Below are positions 21,049-30,968 of a DNA stretch of 64,000 bases, piece after piece (positions within the stretch are counted from its first letter, which is position 1; the number at the start of each line of letters is the position of its first letter). Source of the stretch: Pseudomonadota bacterium (GTDB lineage: Bacteria > Chloroflexota > UBA5177 > JAJPKF01); the NCBI GenBank assembly GCA_021323865.1, contig JAJPKF010000006.1, forward strand, positions 16,772-80,771, read 5' to 3'. Below the pieces are notes generated by a model. The model was not told the origin of the DNA and searched no databases. It was given only the letters and a program-made list of their open reading frames with translations. Made by a program: the position numbers and the translations under genes.

Positions 21049-22011
21049 CTAAATGCCTGCAAACCGGCGGATCGAGATGTATGAGCCGGCGGCGCCCACA
21101 AAAGCGCCTGTTCCCACCACGGTGGCGGCGACGCGAGTGACGAAGCTCGGTGTGGTGTTTATGGGAAGCAGGGCAAGGGCGGCATTGCCGCTTCCGACCA
21201 AGATGTGGTTCATCAAGGGGAAGTACAGCCCCACGGCTGCGACGCACGCAAGACCTGCCCCCACGAGGCCGAGAAGGATCCCTTCGAGGATCAACGGATT
21301 GCGCACGAATCGGTGGCTCGCGCCGATGAGACGCATCACCTCGATCTCGTCGCGGCGTGCCTCCACCGTGAGGTGCGTGGTGTTTACCACGATCACCAGC
21401 GCCAGAAATGCCAAGCCGACAACGAGAGCCAGGCCGGCAATGCGTACGAAGTCCGTAATCTGGATGAGCTTGGAGGTCAGATTGGGATTGAAGATGACGT
21501 GACTCACGCGAGGATCGGCCGCCAGCCAGTGCGCGATTCGGCTATACACGTGGGCGTCCCTGGTCTTCACCTGGATGCTGGCGGGTAGCGGGTTGCCCTG
21601 AAGAGCAGCCAGCATCGTGGAGTCGCCCGCGAATGTCTTCCGGAATTGGGCGAGTGCATCCCCTTTGGTTACGTAAGACACGTGAGTATGCGGCCATTTG
21701 GTCTGCAGGGTTTGTTCGAGGCCCTGTGCCCCGGGCGTCCCCACCCAACCCTTTAGATCGGCGATTACATTGGCCTTTGCCTCGAGGCCCGATGCGGCGG
21801 TATCGAGGCCGCTTGCCAGGACCAAAAAGATGGTGAGCGCGCTCAGCATGAAGGTGAGGGTTGCCACCGCGACGATCGTCGCACCGCGGTGCCGGGTCAG
21901 CCCCAGAGATGCGCTTCGCAGGGTACCAAGAAAGGGCACAGTTCTCCTCCTGTCGAATCGCAACCATGGTGACGGTTGAACGGCCGGTGAGCCATGGCCA
22001 GTTAAGGCCAT
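21049..22011 (-). CDS. ftsX: Cell-division permease FtsX
   Basis: NPLPAS, RRDEIEVMRLIGAS..FVRNP..LEG; ATG with AAGGGG RBS. Confidence 0.85.
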   Translation of the reverse strand: MALTGHGSPAVQPSPWLRFDRRRTVPFLGTLRSASLGLTRHRGATIVAVATLTFMLSALTIFLVLASGLDTAASGLEAKANVIADLKGWVGTPGAQGLEQTLQTKWPHTHVSYVTKGDALAQFRKTFAGDSTMLAALQGNPLPASIQVKTRDAHVYSRIAHWLAADPRVSHVIFNPNLTSKLIQITDFVRIAGLALVVGLAFLALVIVVNTTHLTVEARRDEIEVMRLIGASHRFVRNPLILEGILLGLVGAGLACVAAVGLYFPLMNHILVGSGNAALALLPINTTPSFVTRVAATVVGTGAFVGAAGSYISIRRFAGI

Positions 22012-22025
22012 GTGCCCCTTTCCCC

Positions 22026-22055
22026 TTGACATAGCTCCCATTCCCGGGATATGGT
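22026..22055 (+). promoter_or_regulatory. Candidate sigma70 promoter TTGACA-N18-TATGGT
   Basis: Upstream of the 22104 ORF. Confidence 0.35.
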
Positions 22056-22103
22056 GTATGCTGAGGTAGAACAGGTGACCTAAAGACCCGCGAGGAGGCC
22101 GGT

Positions 22104-22304
22104 GTGAACAGACAAATCTCGTCGTACGAGCGCAGGCTGAGCGAGACTGGGACCACACTCCGGGACATGGAAGACGCAGGCGAGACCGGGCGGCCGTATC
22201 AACGGCTTCTGCGTCAGTGGCTTGAGCTACTCGCCGCGTACGAGTACGAGGTGGACGTCCAGAAGGAGGGAGCGTCTCTGGCGGCGTTAGCCGCCGGCGT
22301 CTGA
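22104..22304 (+). CDS. Small hypothetical protein
   Basis: GAGGAGG RBS before GTG; 66-aa helical-looking sequence. Confidence 0.55.
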   Translation: MNRQISSYERRLSETGTTLRDMEDAGETGRPYQRLLRQWLELLAAYEYEVDVQKEGASLAALAAGV

Positions 22305-22634
22305 TTCGGCAGGCGCCACGATCGCGCGCAGGCCTTCCACGCGAAGGATCCTCACCGTGTCCCCATTTCCCACGGCAGCTCCGATGGTCCGAGCCCTCCA
22401 GATCTCGCTTCCATAGCGGATCTCACCGTCACGGTCGATGCGGCTGATTGCCGGCACCAGCGCGCCGATCATACCCTCCCGCCCAGTACACACGGGAACT
22501 CGCCGCAGCCGCCGCTGCAGCAGGTACAGGCCGCTCATGCCCAAGATGACGGAAACTGCCGCGAGTGGGGCGGCGACGTCCAAGGGCAGGAGACCGAACG
22601 CGGCCAGTAGCAGGAGAACGACGGCGAGGATCAC
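22287..22634 (-). CDS. NfeD-like protein
   Basis: TM helices, TGREGMIG, GEIRYGSEIWRA and GDTVRILRVEGL. Confidence 0.8.
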   Translation of the reverse strand: MILAVVLLLLAAFGLLPLDVAAPLAAVSVILGMSGLYLLQRRLRRVPVCTGREGMIGALVPAISRIDRDGEIRYGSEIWRARTIGAAVGNGDTVRILRVEGLRAIVAPAESDAGG

Positions 22635-22806
22635 ATGCGCCTCCCTCGGCCTGTACCGGATTATCCGTTACGGACTTGCCGGAATACATACCGCCCGATG
22701 CTGCAGCCCGACATTCTGAAGGTTTTCAATCATCAGTGGACTGAAGCGGTAAGTGCTCCCGGCTGAATGGCCTGAGTCGGCGGCGGGCAGGTTGATAGGC
22801 TGGACT

Positions 22807-23166
22807 ATGGCCTTCTGCCCGATCTGCGAGCGTGAGTTTCCGCCCGGCTCTCGGTGCGTCGAGCATGGAGGCTTGGTGGAAACGATTCCGGGAGTCCATC
22901 GTGAGCCGGCCGACGATCCGTGGGTGCGAGTGGCAACCGTTGGTGGAGATGTCATGGCTCGAAGCTGGGCGGAGCTTCTCGAGAACAACGGCATCCAGAC
23001 GGTAGTGAAGCCGGGCGGACCCGGTTTCAGCTTTGGGGCGCCGCCGCCGTTCGGCTTCCCCTGTTACCTGTATGTCCGGACGACTGCCCTGGAACGGGCG
23101 ACGGCCATTCTGGAAGGATATGCGGCCCCCGGCTCGCTCGACCTCGATCAGGCGGGGACCGGCTGA
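22807..23166 (+). CDS. Zn-ribbon plus DUF2007-like protein
   Basis: FCPIC..CVEH, ELLENNGI, LYVR..ERATAIL. Confidence 0.65.
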   Translation: MAFCPICEREFPPGSRCVEHGGLVETIPGVHREPADDPWVRVATVGGDVMARSWAELLENNGIQTVVKPGGPGFSFGAPPPFGFPCYLYVRTTALERATAILEGYAAPGSLDLDQAGTG

Positions 23167-23167
23167 C

Positions 23168-23644
23168 GTGACCGACCCGCAAGAGCGCCTGTCGGCCATG
23201 GGCATGCCGCTTCCGCCGGTGCCGCTGCCGGTCGCGTCCTACGTGCCCTTCGTGCGGACCGGGCCCCTCGTGTTTACGGCCGGCCAGGTTCCTCGGCGCG
23301 ACGGGGCCATCATCACCGGCGTCGTGGGATCGTCGATCGACCCGTCCGCGGCCCGAGATGCCGCTGCCATCGCTGCCGTCCAGGCGATAGCCGCGGTCAA
23401 GGAGGCAGCGGGCGACCTACGCTTGGTGCGCCGGATCGTCAAGGCGACGGTCTTTGTCAGCTCGGCGCCAGACTTTCACGGCCAATCATCCGTGGCGGAT
23501 GGCGCTTCAGAGCTTTTGGAGGCGGCATTCGGCAGCCACGGGAAGCATGCGCGCAGCGCCGTCGGTGTCGCGGCATTGCCAGGCGGCGCATGCGTCGAGG
23601 TGGAGCTGATTGCGGAAATCGGGGAGCCGCAGTCGGCATCCTGA
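23168..23644 (+). CDS. RidA/YjgF family protein
   Basis: PVASYVP, TAGQVP, GASELL, HARSAVGVAALP and VEVE. Confidence 0.9.
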   Translation: MTDPQERLSAMGMPLPPVPLPVASYVPFVRTGPLVFTAGQVPRRDGAIITGVVGSSIDPSAARDAAAIAAVQAIAAVKEAAGDLRLVRRIVKATVFVSSAPDFHGQSSVADGASELLEAAFGSHGKHARSAVGVAALPGGACVEVELIAEIGEPQSAS

Positions 23645-23697
23645 CTGCGTGATCCGGGAGCCGGAATCGCCCACCGTTCTCCATAGAATGAGCCACT

Positions 23698-24528
23698 GTG
23701 CAATCAAAGCCGCCGACCGGGGGCGAACCACAGCCCCCGAATCCGTACAATCTTGACATCGCCGCGGACCTGTTTGATGACCTTCACCAGGGGTCTGCGG
23801 ATGTCCAGCTGGTTCTGGAGCTGGCGCGGGAAGCCGGTGGTCCCATCCTCGAGCTGGCATGTGGCACCGGGCGGTGTCTGATCCCCCTGATCCGAGCAGG
23901 GTTCGACGTCGTGGGGCTGGATCTGGCTCCTCCGATGCTCGAACGGCTCCAAACCAAGGTGAGTCAGGAACCGGAAGAGGTTCGCCACCGAGCCACCACG
24001 CTGGTAGCGGACGGCAGCTCCTTCTCCTTACCCCTGCGTTTCGGCTTGGCCTTCATGGTGGCTGACGCCTTCGGGCAGATTCCCGCGAAACAGCAGCAGG
24101 AGTCTCTGGCAGTGAACGTCTTCGACCACCTCCGAGCCGGAGGTGTCTTCGTCATCGATACGTTCCATCCCGACATCCACCGGCTGCTGGAGCGAGGACG
24201 ATCCGAACGGACCGCGCGGGGCTATCAGGTGGTCAGTGAAGACATTGATCACGACCGGGCGAATCAGGTGTTCATCGTCAGAACGTCATATTCGCTCGAC
24301 GGTCACACTGTGAGCCAGATCGAATGGCCGTTGCGCTACAGCTTCCGCTTCGAGCTCGAGCATCTTCTCGAGAAGGTTGGCTTCACCATCGAAGCGGTGT
24401 GGGGTAATCACCGGCGGGAGCCGGTGAGGGACGATACGCGGCGCTTGTTCGTCGTCGCCCGCAAGCCGAGCCAAGACGAGCCGTTACCGGCGGAGGCCAT
24501 GGAGGCCGTGGCCCTTGTGCAGACCTAG
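23698..24528 (+). CDS. Class I SAM-dependent methyltransferase
   Basis: ILELACGTGR, GLDLAPPML and HLRAGGVFVID. Confidence 0.88.
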   Translation: MQSKPPTGGEPQPPNPYNLDIAADLFDDLHQGSADVQLVLELAREAGGPILELACGTGRCLIPLIRAGFDVVGLDLAPPMLERLQTKVSQEPEEVRHRATTLVADGSSFSLPLRFGLAFMVADAFGQIPAKQQQESLAVNVFDHLRAGGVFVIDTFHPDIHRLLERGRSERTARGYQVVSEDIDHDRANQVFIVRTSYSLDGHTVSQIEWPLRYSFRFELEHLLEKVGFTIEAVWGNHRREPVRDDTRRLFVVARKPSQDEPLPAEAMEAVALVQT

Positions 24529-24539
24529 GAAGGCGATAG

Positions 24540-25082
24540 ATGACAGATTCACGTGAGACCCCACTCCCGGTCGCGCAGACGGGCCCGTCATCCGACGTTC
24601 GGCCCCCAATTTGGGGATTTCGGCTCGTCGGGTTGCTGCCGTTGGCGGCAATGATCGTGGCGCTCTTCCTTCCCTGGGGCCATGGCGGCGGCGTCAACGA
24701 GGGCATCGCAGACTACGCAGCGCCGGGACCGGCGATTGTCGCCTGGGCGCTGGTGGCGCTGGGGCTCGCCCTGGCCCTTGCCGCCGCTGCGGGGATGTGG
24801 CTCGCCCGCCGCAGGCTGTCCCTCAGCAGCCCGCTTGGGGCGGGGACGTACCTGCTGGGTCTACTCACCTGGTATGCCTCCGCCATCCTGCCCAGCGAGA
24901 TTGCCAGCGGCTGCAGTGGGAACGGGGGGCCGCTGTGCAACACGCCCCCGGCGAGTCCGACCGTGCCGGGCTCATCGCCGGCGTTCGGGTTCTATCTCGG
25001 CGCCGTGGGCGCCGTGATCCTCATCGGCCTCTGGATCGCGTTCTCGCAAGGCCTGTGGCAGACCGAGGCCGATAATCCCTAA
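24540..25082 (+). CDS. Hypothetical 4-TM membrane protein
   Basis: LFLPW..FGFYLG pattern; hydrophobic segments. Confidence 0.65.
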   Translation: MTDSRETPLPVAQTGPSSDVRPPIWGFRLVGLLPLAAMIVALFLPWGHGGGVNEGIADYAAPGPAIVAWALVALGLALALAAAAGMWLARRRLSLSSPLGAGTYLLGLLTWYASAILPSEIASGCSGNGGPLCNTPPASPTVPGSSPAFGFYLGAVGAVILIGLWIAFSQGLWQTEADNP

Positions 25083-25088
25083 GCAAAT

Positions 25089-25958
25089 CTATTCGGAGCG
25101 TGCCCCAAGGGCCCCCACGCAGCGTGCCGCCATCCGTGTGGCGAGTGCCGCCCGGTCGCGCAGGCCGGCTCCGGCCAGCTCCGCGGCGAGCCAGCCGCCG
25201 TTGAATGCGTCGCCCGCGCCGGTTGTGTCGACCACCTCGGCCTTGATGGATGGCTGATTGAAGCGCCGTTCGCCGTCACTGATGTGGGCCCCTCTGCTTC
25301 CGTCCTTGATGACGACCAACGGCGCCAATGTGTGGAGCTCTCGAAAGCAATTCTCAAGTCCTATGACTCCCGCCAGTGCAATCGCCTCCGCGCGGTTGGC
25401 CAGTACGAGATTCGGTTTGAGGATCTGGAGCAGGTCTCGGATTCGCATCACGCCGGCGCTCTTCAACACACTCACCGCCGAGGGATCGACGGAGAGAAAT
25501 GCCTCCGAAGCCAGCGACCTGGCCCTGAGGATGGCCTCGGTCAAAGACTCGGATGCGAAGGAGTAACCCGTGAGATGCAGAGCCCCTGCCGATTTAAGGA
25601 CCGGTTCCGGTAGATGTTCTGGGCGCAGGAGGGCCGAAGCCATGCGCGCGCTGCGCATGGTCCTGCCTCCCCGGGTGCCCAGGCGTGACAGTACGACACC
25701 CGACTCCCCATCGTGGATGCGCGTGGCGTGAGCCGGCACGCCGTCCGAGGTCAGCCCCTCAAGGAGTAGCGTCCCCAACAGGTCGTCGCCGACCGCTCCG
25801 ATCCAGCAGCTCTGTGCCCCGGCCCGCCTGGCCCAAACGGCCACATTGGCGGCCGATCCGCCGGGTCGAAAATGGATTCCCGACGGCATTCCATCTGCCG
25901 TCTGCCGCCCCTCGATGATGACGTCGGCCAGCAGGTCGCCGATGCAAGCGAGCACCAA
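25089..25958 (-). CDS. PfkB-family kinase, probably pseudouridine kinase
   Basis: GGSAANVA and DTTGAGDAF; adjacent to psuG. Confidence 0.82.
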   Translation of the reverse strand: MVLACIGDLLADVIIEGRQTADGMPSGIHFRPGGSAANVAVWARRAGAQSCWIGAVGDDLLGTLLLEGLTSDGVPAHATRIHDGESGVVLSRLGTRGGRTMRSARMASALLRPEHLPEPVLKSAGALHLTGYSFASESLTEAILRARSLASEAFLSVDPSAVSVLKSAGVMRIRDLLQILKPNLVLANRAEAIALAGVIGLENCFRELHTLAPLVVIKDGSRGAHISDGERRFNQPSIKAEVVDTTGAGDAFNGGWLAAELAGAGLRDRAALATRMAARCVGALGARSE

Positions 25959-26855
25959 TCAGAGGGCGCTGATGGCCAGGGCGATCTCCGACGCCACTCT
26001 GGCGTTCGACACCAGAAGATCCGTGTTCACTCGCACGCTTCGTCCACTGGTCTGATCGGCAATGTGCCGAAGCATGAATGGAGTGACGGCCTTGCCCCGC
26101 ACGCCCTCACGTTGCGCTTCCTGCACTCCTGCTTCCACCAGAGCGTCCAGCTCGGTCCGGTCCAAAGCCGAATCGACCGGGGGTGGATTGGCGACGATGA
26201 TTCCGGTATCCAACCCGATCGCCGCTTGGGCGCGGACCATGTGGGCCACCGTCTCGGCGCCGTCGACGGCCGGCACCGAATGTGCTGACTCCCGACAATA
26301 GAAATCTGGCAGGACGTTGGTCCCGTAGCCCACCAGCGGGACGCCTACCGTCTCCAGGTACTCGAGCGTTCGCGGCACGTCGAGGATGGATTTGATGCCC
26401 GAGCACACCGTCACCACCGGCGTCCTGGCCAGTGTCCATAGGTCGTTGGAAACATCGCCCGTGTCCTCCGCGCCCCGATGGACGCCGCCGATGCCACCGG
26501 TAGCCAGCACCTGAATGCCGGCGGAGTGGGCGATCGTAAGGGATGAGCCGACTGTTGTGGCAAGCGTGGAGCGGGTCGCCAGCCCCCATCCAATGTCACG
26601 GGTTCCTGCCTTCCCGATGGTTGGGTCCCGTGCGAGTCGTTCCAGAATCCCCTCATCCACGCCCACGTGGATCACGCCGTCTATCAACGCCAATGTTGCC
26701 GGTGTCGCGCCCGTCGCAATCACCGCGGCCTCCACGGCGCGAGCGGCCTCGAGGTTGTCTGGCCATGGCAACCCTTGCGCGATGACCGAGGACTCCAACG
26801 CAACCACTGGACGGGAGTGGTGCAGCGCCGCGGCCACCCGACCGTCGAATCTCAC
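25959..26855 (-). CDS. psuG: Pseudouridine-5'-phosphate glycosidase
   Basis: PVVALESSVI, ATTVG, ATGGIGGVHRG, KSILD and GKAVTPF. Confidence 0.93.
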   Translation of the reverse strand: MRFDGRVAAALHHSRPVVALESSVIAQGLPWPDNLEAARAVEAAVIATGATPATLALIDGVIHVGVDEGILERLARDPTIGKAGTRDIGWGLATRSTLATTVGSSLTIAHSAGIQVLATGGIGGVHRGAEDTGDVSNDLWTLARTPVVTVCSGIKSILDVPRTLEYLETVGVPLVGYGTNVLPDFYCRESAHSVPAVDGAETVAHMVRAQAAIGLDTGIIVANPPPVDSALDRTELDALVEAGVQEAQREGVRGKAVTPFMLRHIADQTSGRSVRVNTDLLVSNARVASEIALAISAL

Positions 26856-26933
26856 TGTTGGAGATCAGGACGTTGGCGGACTATGATCCGGCCCCGAGGG
26901 TCCGGCAGGCGCAGGAGGATGGAGCCGTTACCG

Positions 26934-27932
26934 TCACGCGTCCGGGTTTGCCCGGGCGAAATCCCTGAGAGCACGCTCGACATATACCCGAGCCATACGC
27001 TTTCGGTGTGGAATGGAGCCCTCGGTATTGTCCATCGGGTGCGTGCTGCGAAAGACCTGGTCGCCGGCGGCCCGGATTAGCTCATCCGTGAGCGGTCGCC
27101 CGATCAGCAGCTCCTCCGCTGCCCGCACCCGCATGGGCAGCGACGCCACCGCGGTGAGAAAGATGCGAGACTGCCGAACCATGCCGTCGACGTCGAGCGC
27201 CAGGCCGGTGGCGGCGCCCACCAGCGGGAAGTCAAACGACATGCGGATGCGCAGCTTCGAATAGACAACCCGGAGGCCGTTGGGCGGCGGCAGTCTGACG
27301 GCGGCGACCACCTCGTCGGGCTGTAGGGCCATCGGAACGAGACCATCGTCGCGATAGAGCTCTTCGAGGGGCAGGAGGCGTTCTCCAGCCGGACCGAACA
27401 CGGCTACCTGGGCGCCATGGGCCAGCAGCACGGGAACGGTATCCGCAGAGGAGACGGCCCAGCACCGATCGCTGCCGGGGGCGACCCGGCAAATCTCGCT
27501 GTCCTTCTTCATGCAGAAGCCAACTGCGCGCCGCCAGTGCTCCGACTGGTTGTAGTAGTTGCAGCGCACATCCAGGCAGATGTTGCCACCGAGGGTCCCC
27601 ACGCGCCGAACCTGAGGCGAGGAAATGACCGCGGCGGCATCGGCGAGCGCCGGATACTCGTTGCGAACGAGCGGCGAGTGTTCGAGCTGGGATAACCTCA
27701 CGGACCCTCCCAGCCGGAGCCCGCCACTTTCCTCGCGAACGATGCTTTGCATCTCCCGAAGAGACCGGAGGCCGATGACAAATTTCGGCTCAGCAAGCCG
27801 GTGCTTGATGTTGGGGAGGAGGTCCGTGCCTCCACCCATGTACGCCGCCTCGTCTCCGTATTGCTTCCGGAGCTGGACGGCCTCCGCAACGGAGGCCGGC
27901 GTCACGTACGTGAAGGGAGTCAGCCGGAGCAC
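26934..27932 (-). CDS. hcrB: FAD subunit, 4-hydroxybenzoyl-CoA reductase beta-like
   Basis: GGGTDLLPNIK, GTLGGN and Cys-rich insert RCNYYNQSEHWR..FCMK..IC..RCWA ([4Fe-4S] loop of HcrB). Confidence 0.75.
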   Translation of the reverse strand: MLRLTPFTYVTPASVAEAVQLRKQYGDEAAYMGGGTDLLPNIKHRLAEPKFVIGLRSLREMQSIVREESGGLRLGGSVRLSQLEHSPLVRNEYPALADAAAVISSPQVRRVGTLGGNICLDVRCNYYNQSEHWRRAVGFCMKKDSEICRVAPGSDRCWAVSSADTVPVLLAHGAQVAVFGPAGERLLPLEELYRDDGLVPMALQPDEVVAAVRLPPPNGLRVVYSKLRIRMSFDFPLVGAATGLALDVDGMVRQSRIFLTAVASLPMRVRAAEELLIGRPLTDELIRAAGDQVFRSTHPMDNTEGSIPHRKRMARVYVERALRDFARANPDA

Positions 27933-27999
27933 GCTGCAGTCCTTGGTGTGACCACCTGCCGAATCGGGTGAATCGAGTTGACGTCCGTGGTGCAGCTCC

Positions 28000-30405
28000 T
28001 CAGCCGGCCAGAGCTGCCGGCTCGGCGATGCGCCCCTCCCGCTTCGCCCGGTCGAGGGCCCTCATGATGCGGTCGGAGGTAATGGGAGTGGCGTCGAACC
28101 GTACTCCGACCGCATCGTACACGGCGTTGGCAATCGCGGGAATTACGGGGCTGAGCGGGCCCTCGCCCGCTTCCTTCGCTCCAAATGGCCCTTCCGCGTC
28201 TGGTCCCTCGACAATGATCGACTCGAGCGCGGGCGTTTCCAGAATGGTCGGTATCTTGTACTCGAGTAGCGACGGCTTCTTGTGCAGGCCCTTCCGGAAC
28301 ACCTGCTCTTCCATGACGGCTTCTCCGTAGCCCATGTACGCGCTGCCCTCGATCTGCCCCTCGACAATCATGGGGTTGATGGCACGACCGCAGTCGTGGG
28401 CAATCGTCACCTTGTCCACGTGCAGCTCGAAGGTCTCCAGGTCGACCGACACTTCGGCGACCGCGGTGGTAAAGCTATACGCCGGCGACGGGCCGACGCC
28501 GGAGCCCTTATACTTGCCGCCGAGCTTGGGTGGCGTATAGGAGCCCGCCGCGGCCAGCGTTCCGAACCGAGCCTCGGCCGCTTGAACGGCCTCAATAAAG
28601 TCGATGGCTCGGTCAGTGTCGTCGCGGTTATAGATCCGCCGGCCTCCGAGCCTGAGCCGTTCTCGCGGGGTTTCAAGCCTCTCGGATGCCACATCCAGGA
28701 GCAGATCCCGCAGCTTCTCGGCAGCCTGCCGGGCGGCGTTTCCGGCCATGAAGGTCACGCGGCTCGAGTAGCTGCCCAGATCTACGGGTGTGAGGTCGGT
28801 GTCTCCGGAGCAAACGCGTACGTCGATGGGGTCGACGCCCAACACCTCGGATACGATGTACGCCAGCATGGAATCCGAGTCCTGCCCAATGTCGGTGGTC
28901 CCACAGTAGATGGCGACACCACCGCCCCGGTCGATCTTCACCATCGCGCCCGAGTGGGGCATCGGGTTCCAGTAGATCGGAAGGCCCGCACCCGACATGT
29001 ACACCGACGATGCGAGGCCGATGCCGGTGCCGAAGGGCAGCTTCCGGAATCTGGCCTGGAAGTCGGTTCGCTGCGATGCCGCGCGGAGCGTATCCCGCAC
29101 GGCGCAGCTCGTGATCCGGAGACCGTTGACGGTACCGCTCATCGGATCAACCGCGTTCCGCATTCGCATCCCAACCGGATCGAGACCCAAGTCTTCGGCA
29201 ATCTTGTCGAGCTGGCATTCGATGGCGAACCGAGGCTGCACGGTTCCATGTCCGCGCTTGGGGCCACAGGGCGGCTTGTTGGTGAAGACCCGAACACCGT
29301 CGAAGGCATATCGCGGCACCTTGTAGGGCATGGTGTTGAGGGCGCCCGTGTAATAGGTCGTGGCGACTCCGTAGGATCCATATGCGCCGCCGTCGAGCCA
29401 TGACTGGAAGTGCATGGCCGTAATGGAACCGTCCTTCCGGACACCCGTCTTGATCCGCATCCGAACCGGATGGCGCCCTCGATGGCAGTAGAAAACCTCT
29501 TCGCGGCTGAGCTCGATGAGGACGGGACGGCCTGCCTTTCTCGCCAGCGCCGCGGCCGCTACCTCGTGAGAAAACATCTCGCTCTTGCCGCCGAAGGCCC
29601 CGCCTGACGGAGGCGCGATGATGCGGATCTGAGCCGTGGGCATGGACAGCGCCTTCGACAGCTCACGGTGGACATAATGTGGCGTCTGCGTGCTCGACCA
29701 GACGGTCAGCTTGCCGTGGAGCTCATATTGGGCAATCACGGCATGGTTTTCCATGGGAGCATGCGTGTTGCCCTCGAAGAAGAATTCGTCCTCGCGGACA
29801 TGGTCCGCTTCCGCGAATCCAACTTCGGGCGACTCGAACTCGAGGTGAACCTCCTTATGGATGTTCCCCTCGCCCCCCTGGTCTTCATGGATTCTCGGTT
29901 TCTCCGGATCGAGGGCCTCGTCGATGCTCATGATTGCCGGCAGGGGCTCGTACAGCACCTCGATCGCATTACAGGCCTGCTCCGCCGTCAGCTCGTCGAC
30001 GGCGGCCACGGCGGCGACGGCCTCGCCGACATACCTGACCTTGTCGATGGCGAAGGCCGTCTCGTCTTGAGACGAAGGCATGATCCCGTAGCGCTCGGGC
30101 AGGTCGGCCCCGCTTATGACCGCGAAGACACCCGGCATTGCCTCGGCCTTACGAGTGTCAACGTGGAGAACCCGGGCATGGGGATAGGGGCTCCGCAGCA
30201 GCCGACCGAAGCACAGCCTGGGAAGCTTGAGATCGGCCGTGTACTTGGTGCCGCCAGTCGCTTTCGCGAGATGCTCGTACTTGAGGTTGCGGCGACCGAT
30301 GATGTGCAGCTCATCCGCCTGTGCTGGGCCGTCGGCGCGATCGCGACGCGGTGAACTTACGGGCTCGGCATCAGGTGGGGCGGTAGCGCTAGCCGGCTTG
30401 GGCAT
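28000..30405 (-). CDS. hcrA: Molybdopterin subunit, 4-hydroxybenzoyl-CoA reductase alpha-like
   Basis: STQTPHY, GGAFGGK, GPKRGHG, GSYSSRVT and AKEAGEG. Confidence 0.72.
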   Translation of the reverse strand: MPKPASATAPPDAEPVSSPRRDRADGPAQADELHIIGRRNLKYEHLAKATGGTKYTADLKLPRLCFGRLLRSPYPHARVLHVDTRKAEAMPGVFAVISGADLPERYGIMPSSQDETAFAIDKVRYVGEAVAAVAAVDELTAEQACNAIEVLYEPLPAIMSIDEALDPEKPRIHEDQGGEGNIHKEVHLEFESPEVGFAEADHVREDEFFFEGNTHAPMENHAVIAQYELHGKLTVWSSTQTPHYVHRELSKALSMPTAQIRIIAPPSGGAFGGKSEMFSHEVAAAALARKAGRPVLIELSREEVFYCHRGRHPVRMRIKTGVRKDGSITAMHFQSWLDGGAYGSYGVATTYYTGALNTMPYKVPRYAFDGVRVFTNKPPCGPKRGHGTVQPRFAIECQLDKIAEDLGLDPVGMRMRNAVDPMSGTVNGLRITSCAVRDTLRAASQRTDFQARFRKLPFGTGIGLASSVYMSGAGLPIYWNPMPHSGAMVKIDRGGGVAIYCGTTDIGQDSDSMLAYIVSEVLGVDPIDVRVCSGDTDLTPVDLGSYSSRVTFMAGNAARQAAEKLRDLLLDVASERLETPRERLRLGGRRIYNRDDTDRAIDFIEAVQAAEARFGTLAAAGSYTPPKLGGKYKGSGVGPSPAYSFTTAVAEVSVDLETFELHVDKVTIAHDCGRAINPMIVEGQIEGSAYMGYGEAVMEEQVFRKGLHKKPSLLEYKIPTILETPALESIIVEGPDAEGPFGAKEAGEGPLSPVIPAIANAVYDAVGVRFDATPITSDRIMRALDRAKREGRIAEPAALAG

Positions 30406-30886
30406 GAAGCCGCCTTCCGTCCGTCATGGAACCGGCAGCCGCCTCGACCGCCTCGATGATCTTCGTGTATCCGGTGCACCGGCAGAGATTGCCGGCAAGC
30501 GCCTCTTTGATGTCGTCCCGGCTCGGATGCGGGTTCTGCTCCAAGAGAGCAACCGCCGAGAGAATCATGCCCGGCGTGCAGTAGCCGCACTGAGATCCGC
30601 CCCATTCGGCGAAGGCCACCTGCACAGGATGGAGGACGGAGCCATGCTGCAGTCCCTCGATTGTGGTGACGTCATGGCCGACGGCCTCGACGGCCAGGAA
30701 CAGACAGGAAACGACCGGCTCGCCGTCGACCAGAACGGTGCACGCTCCGCATTCACCAAGCTCGCAGCCGTGCTTGGTTCCCGTGAGGTCGAGGTCCTCT
30801 CTGAGCACCTCGAGCAGCGTCTTGCTGTGCTCGAAGGCCAGCGTCCGGTCCTCGCCGTTGATTCGAAGCGTAAAGAGCGATTTCAT
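30389..30886 (-). CDS. hcrC: 2x[2Fe-2S] subunit
   Basis: GTKHGCELGECGACTV, QCGYCTPG and NLCRCTGY. Confidence 0.75.
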   Translation of the reverse strand: MKSLFTLRINGEDRTLAFEHSKTLLEVLREDLDLTGTKHGCELGECGACTVLVDGEPVVSCLFLAVEAVGHDVTTIEGLQHGSVLHPVQVAFAEWGGSQCGYCTPGMILSAVALLEQNPHPSRDDIKEALAGNLCRCTGYTKIIEAVEAAAGSMTDGRRLHAQAG

Positions 30887-30968
30887 GAGGCTTTACAGGC
30901 TCATTCTCGCACCGGCGACCCGATTCGGCCGGCGCCACGGGCGACCGGCTCAGCTGTGCCGGCCCTCG

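Noticed and set aside
28282-29403. Long antisense ORFs (e.g. 28282-29403, 36674-37813, 37566-38861, 49745-51259, 57520-58941)
   Set aside because: Shadow frames opposite well-supported genes in high-GC DNA; no recognisable motifs
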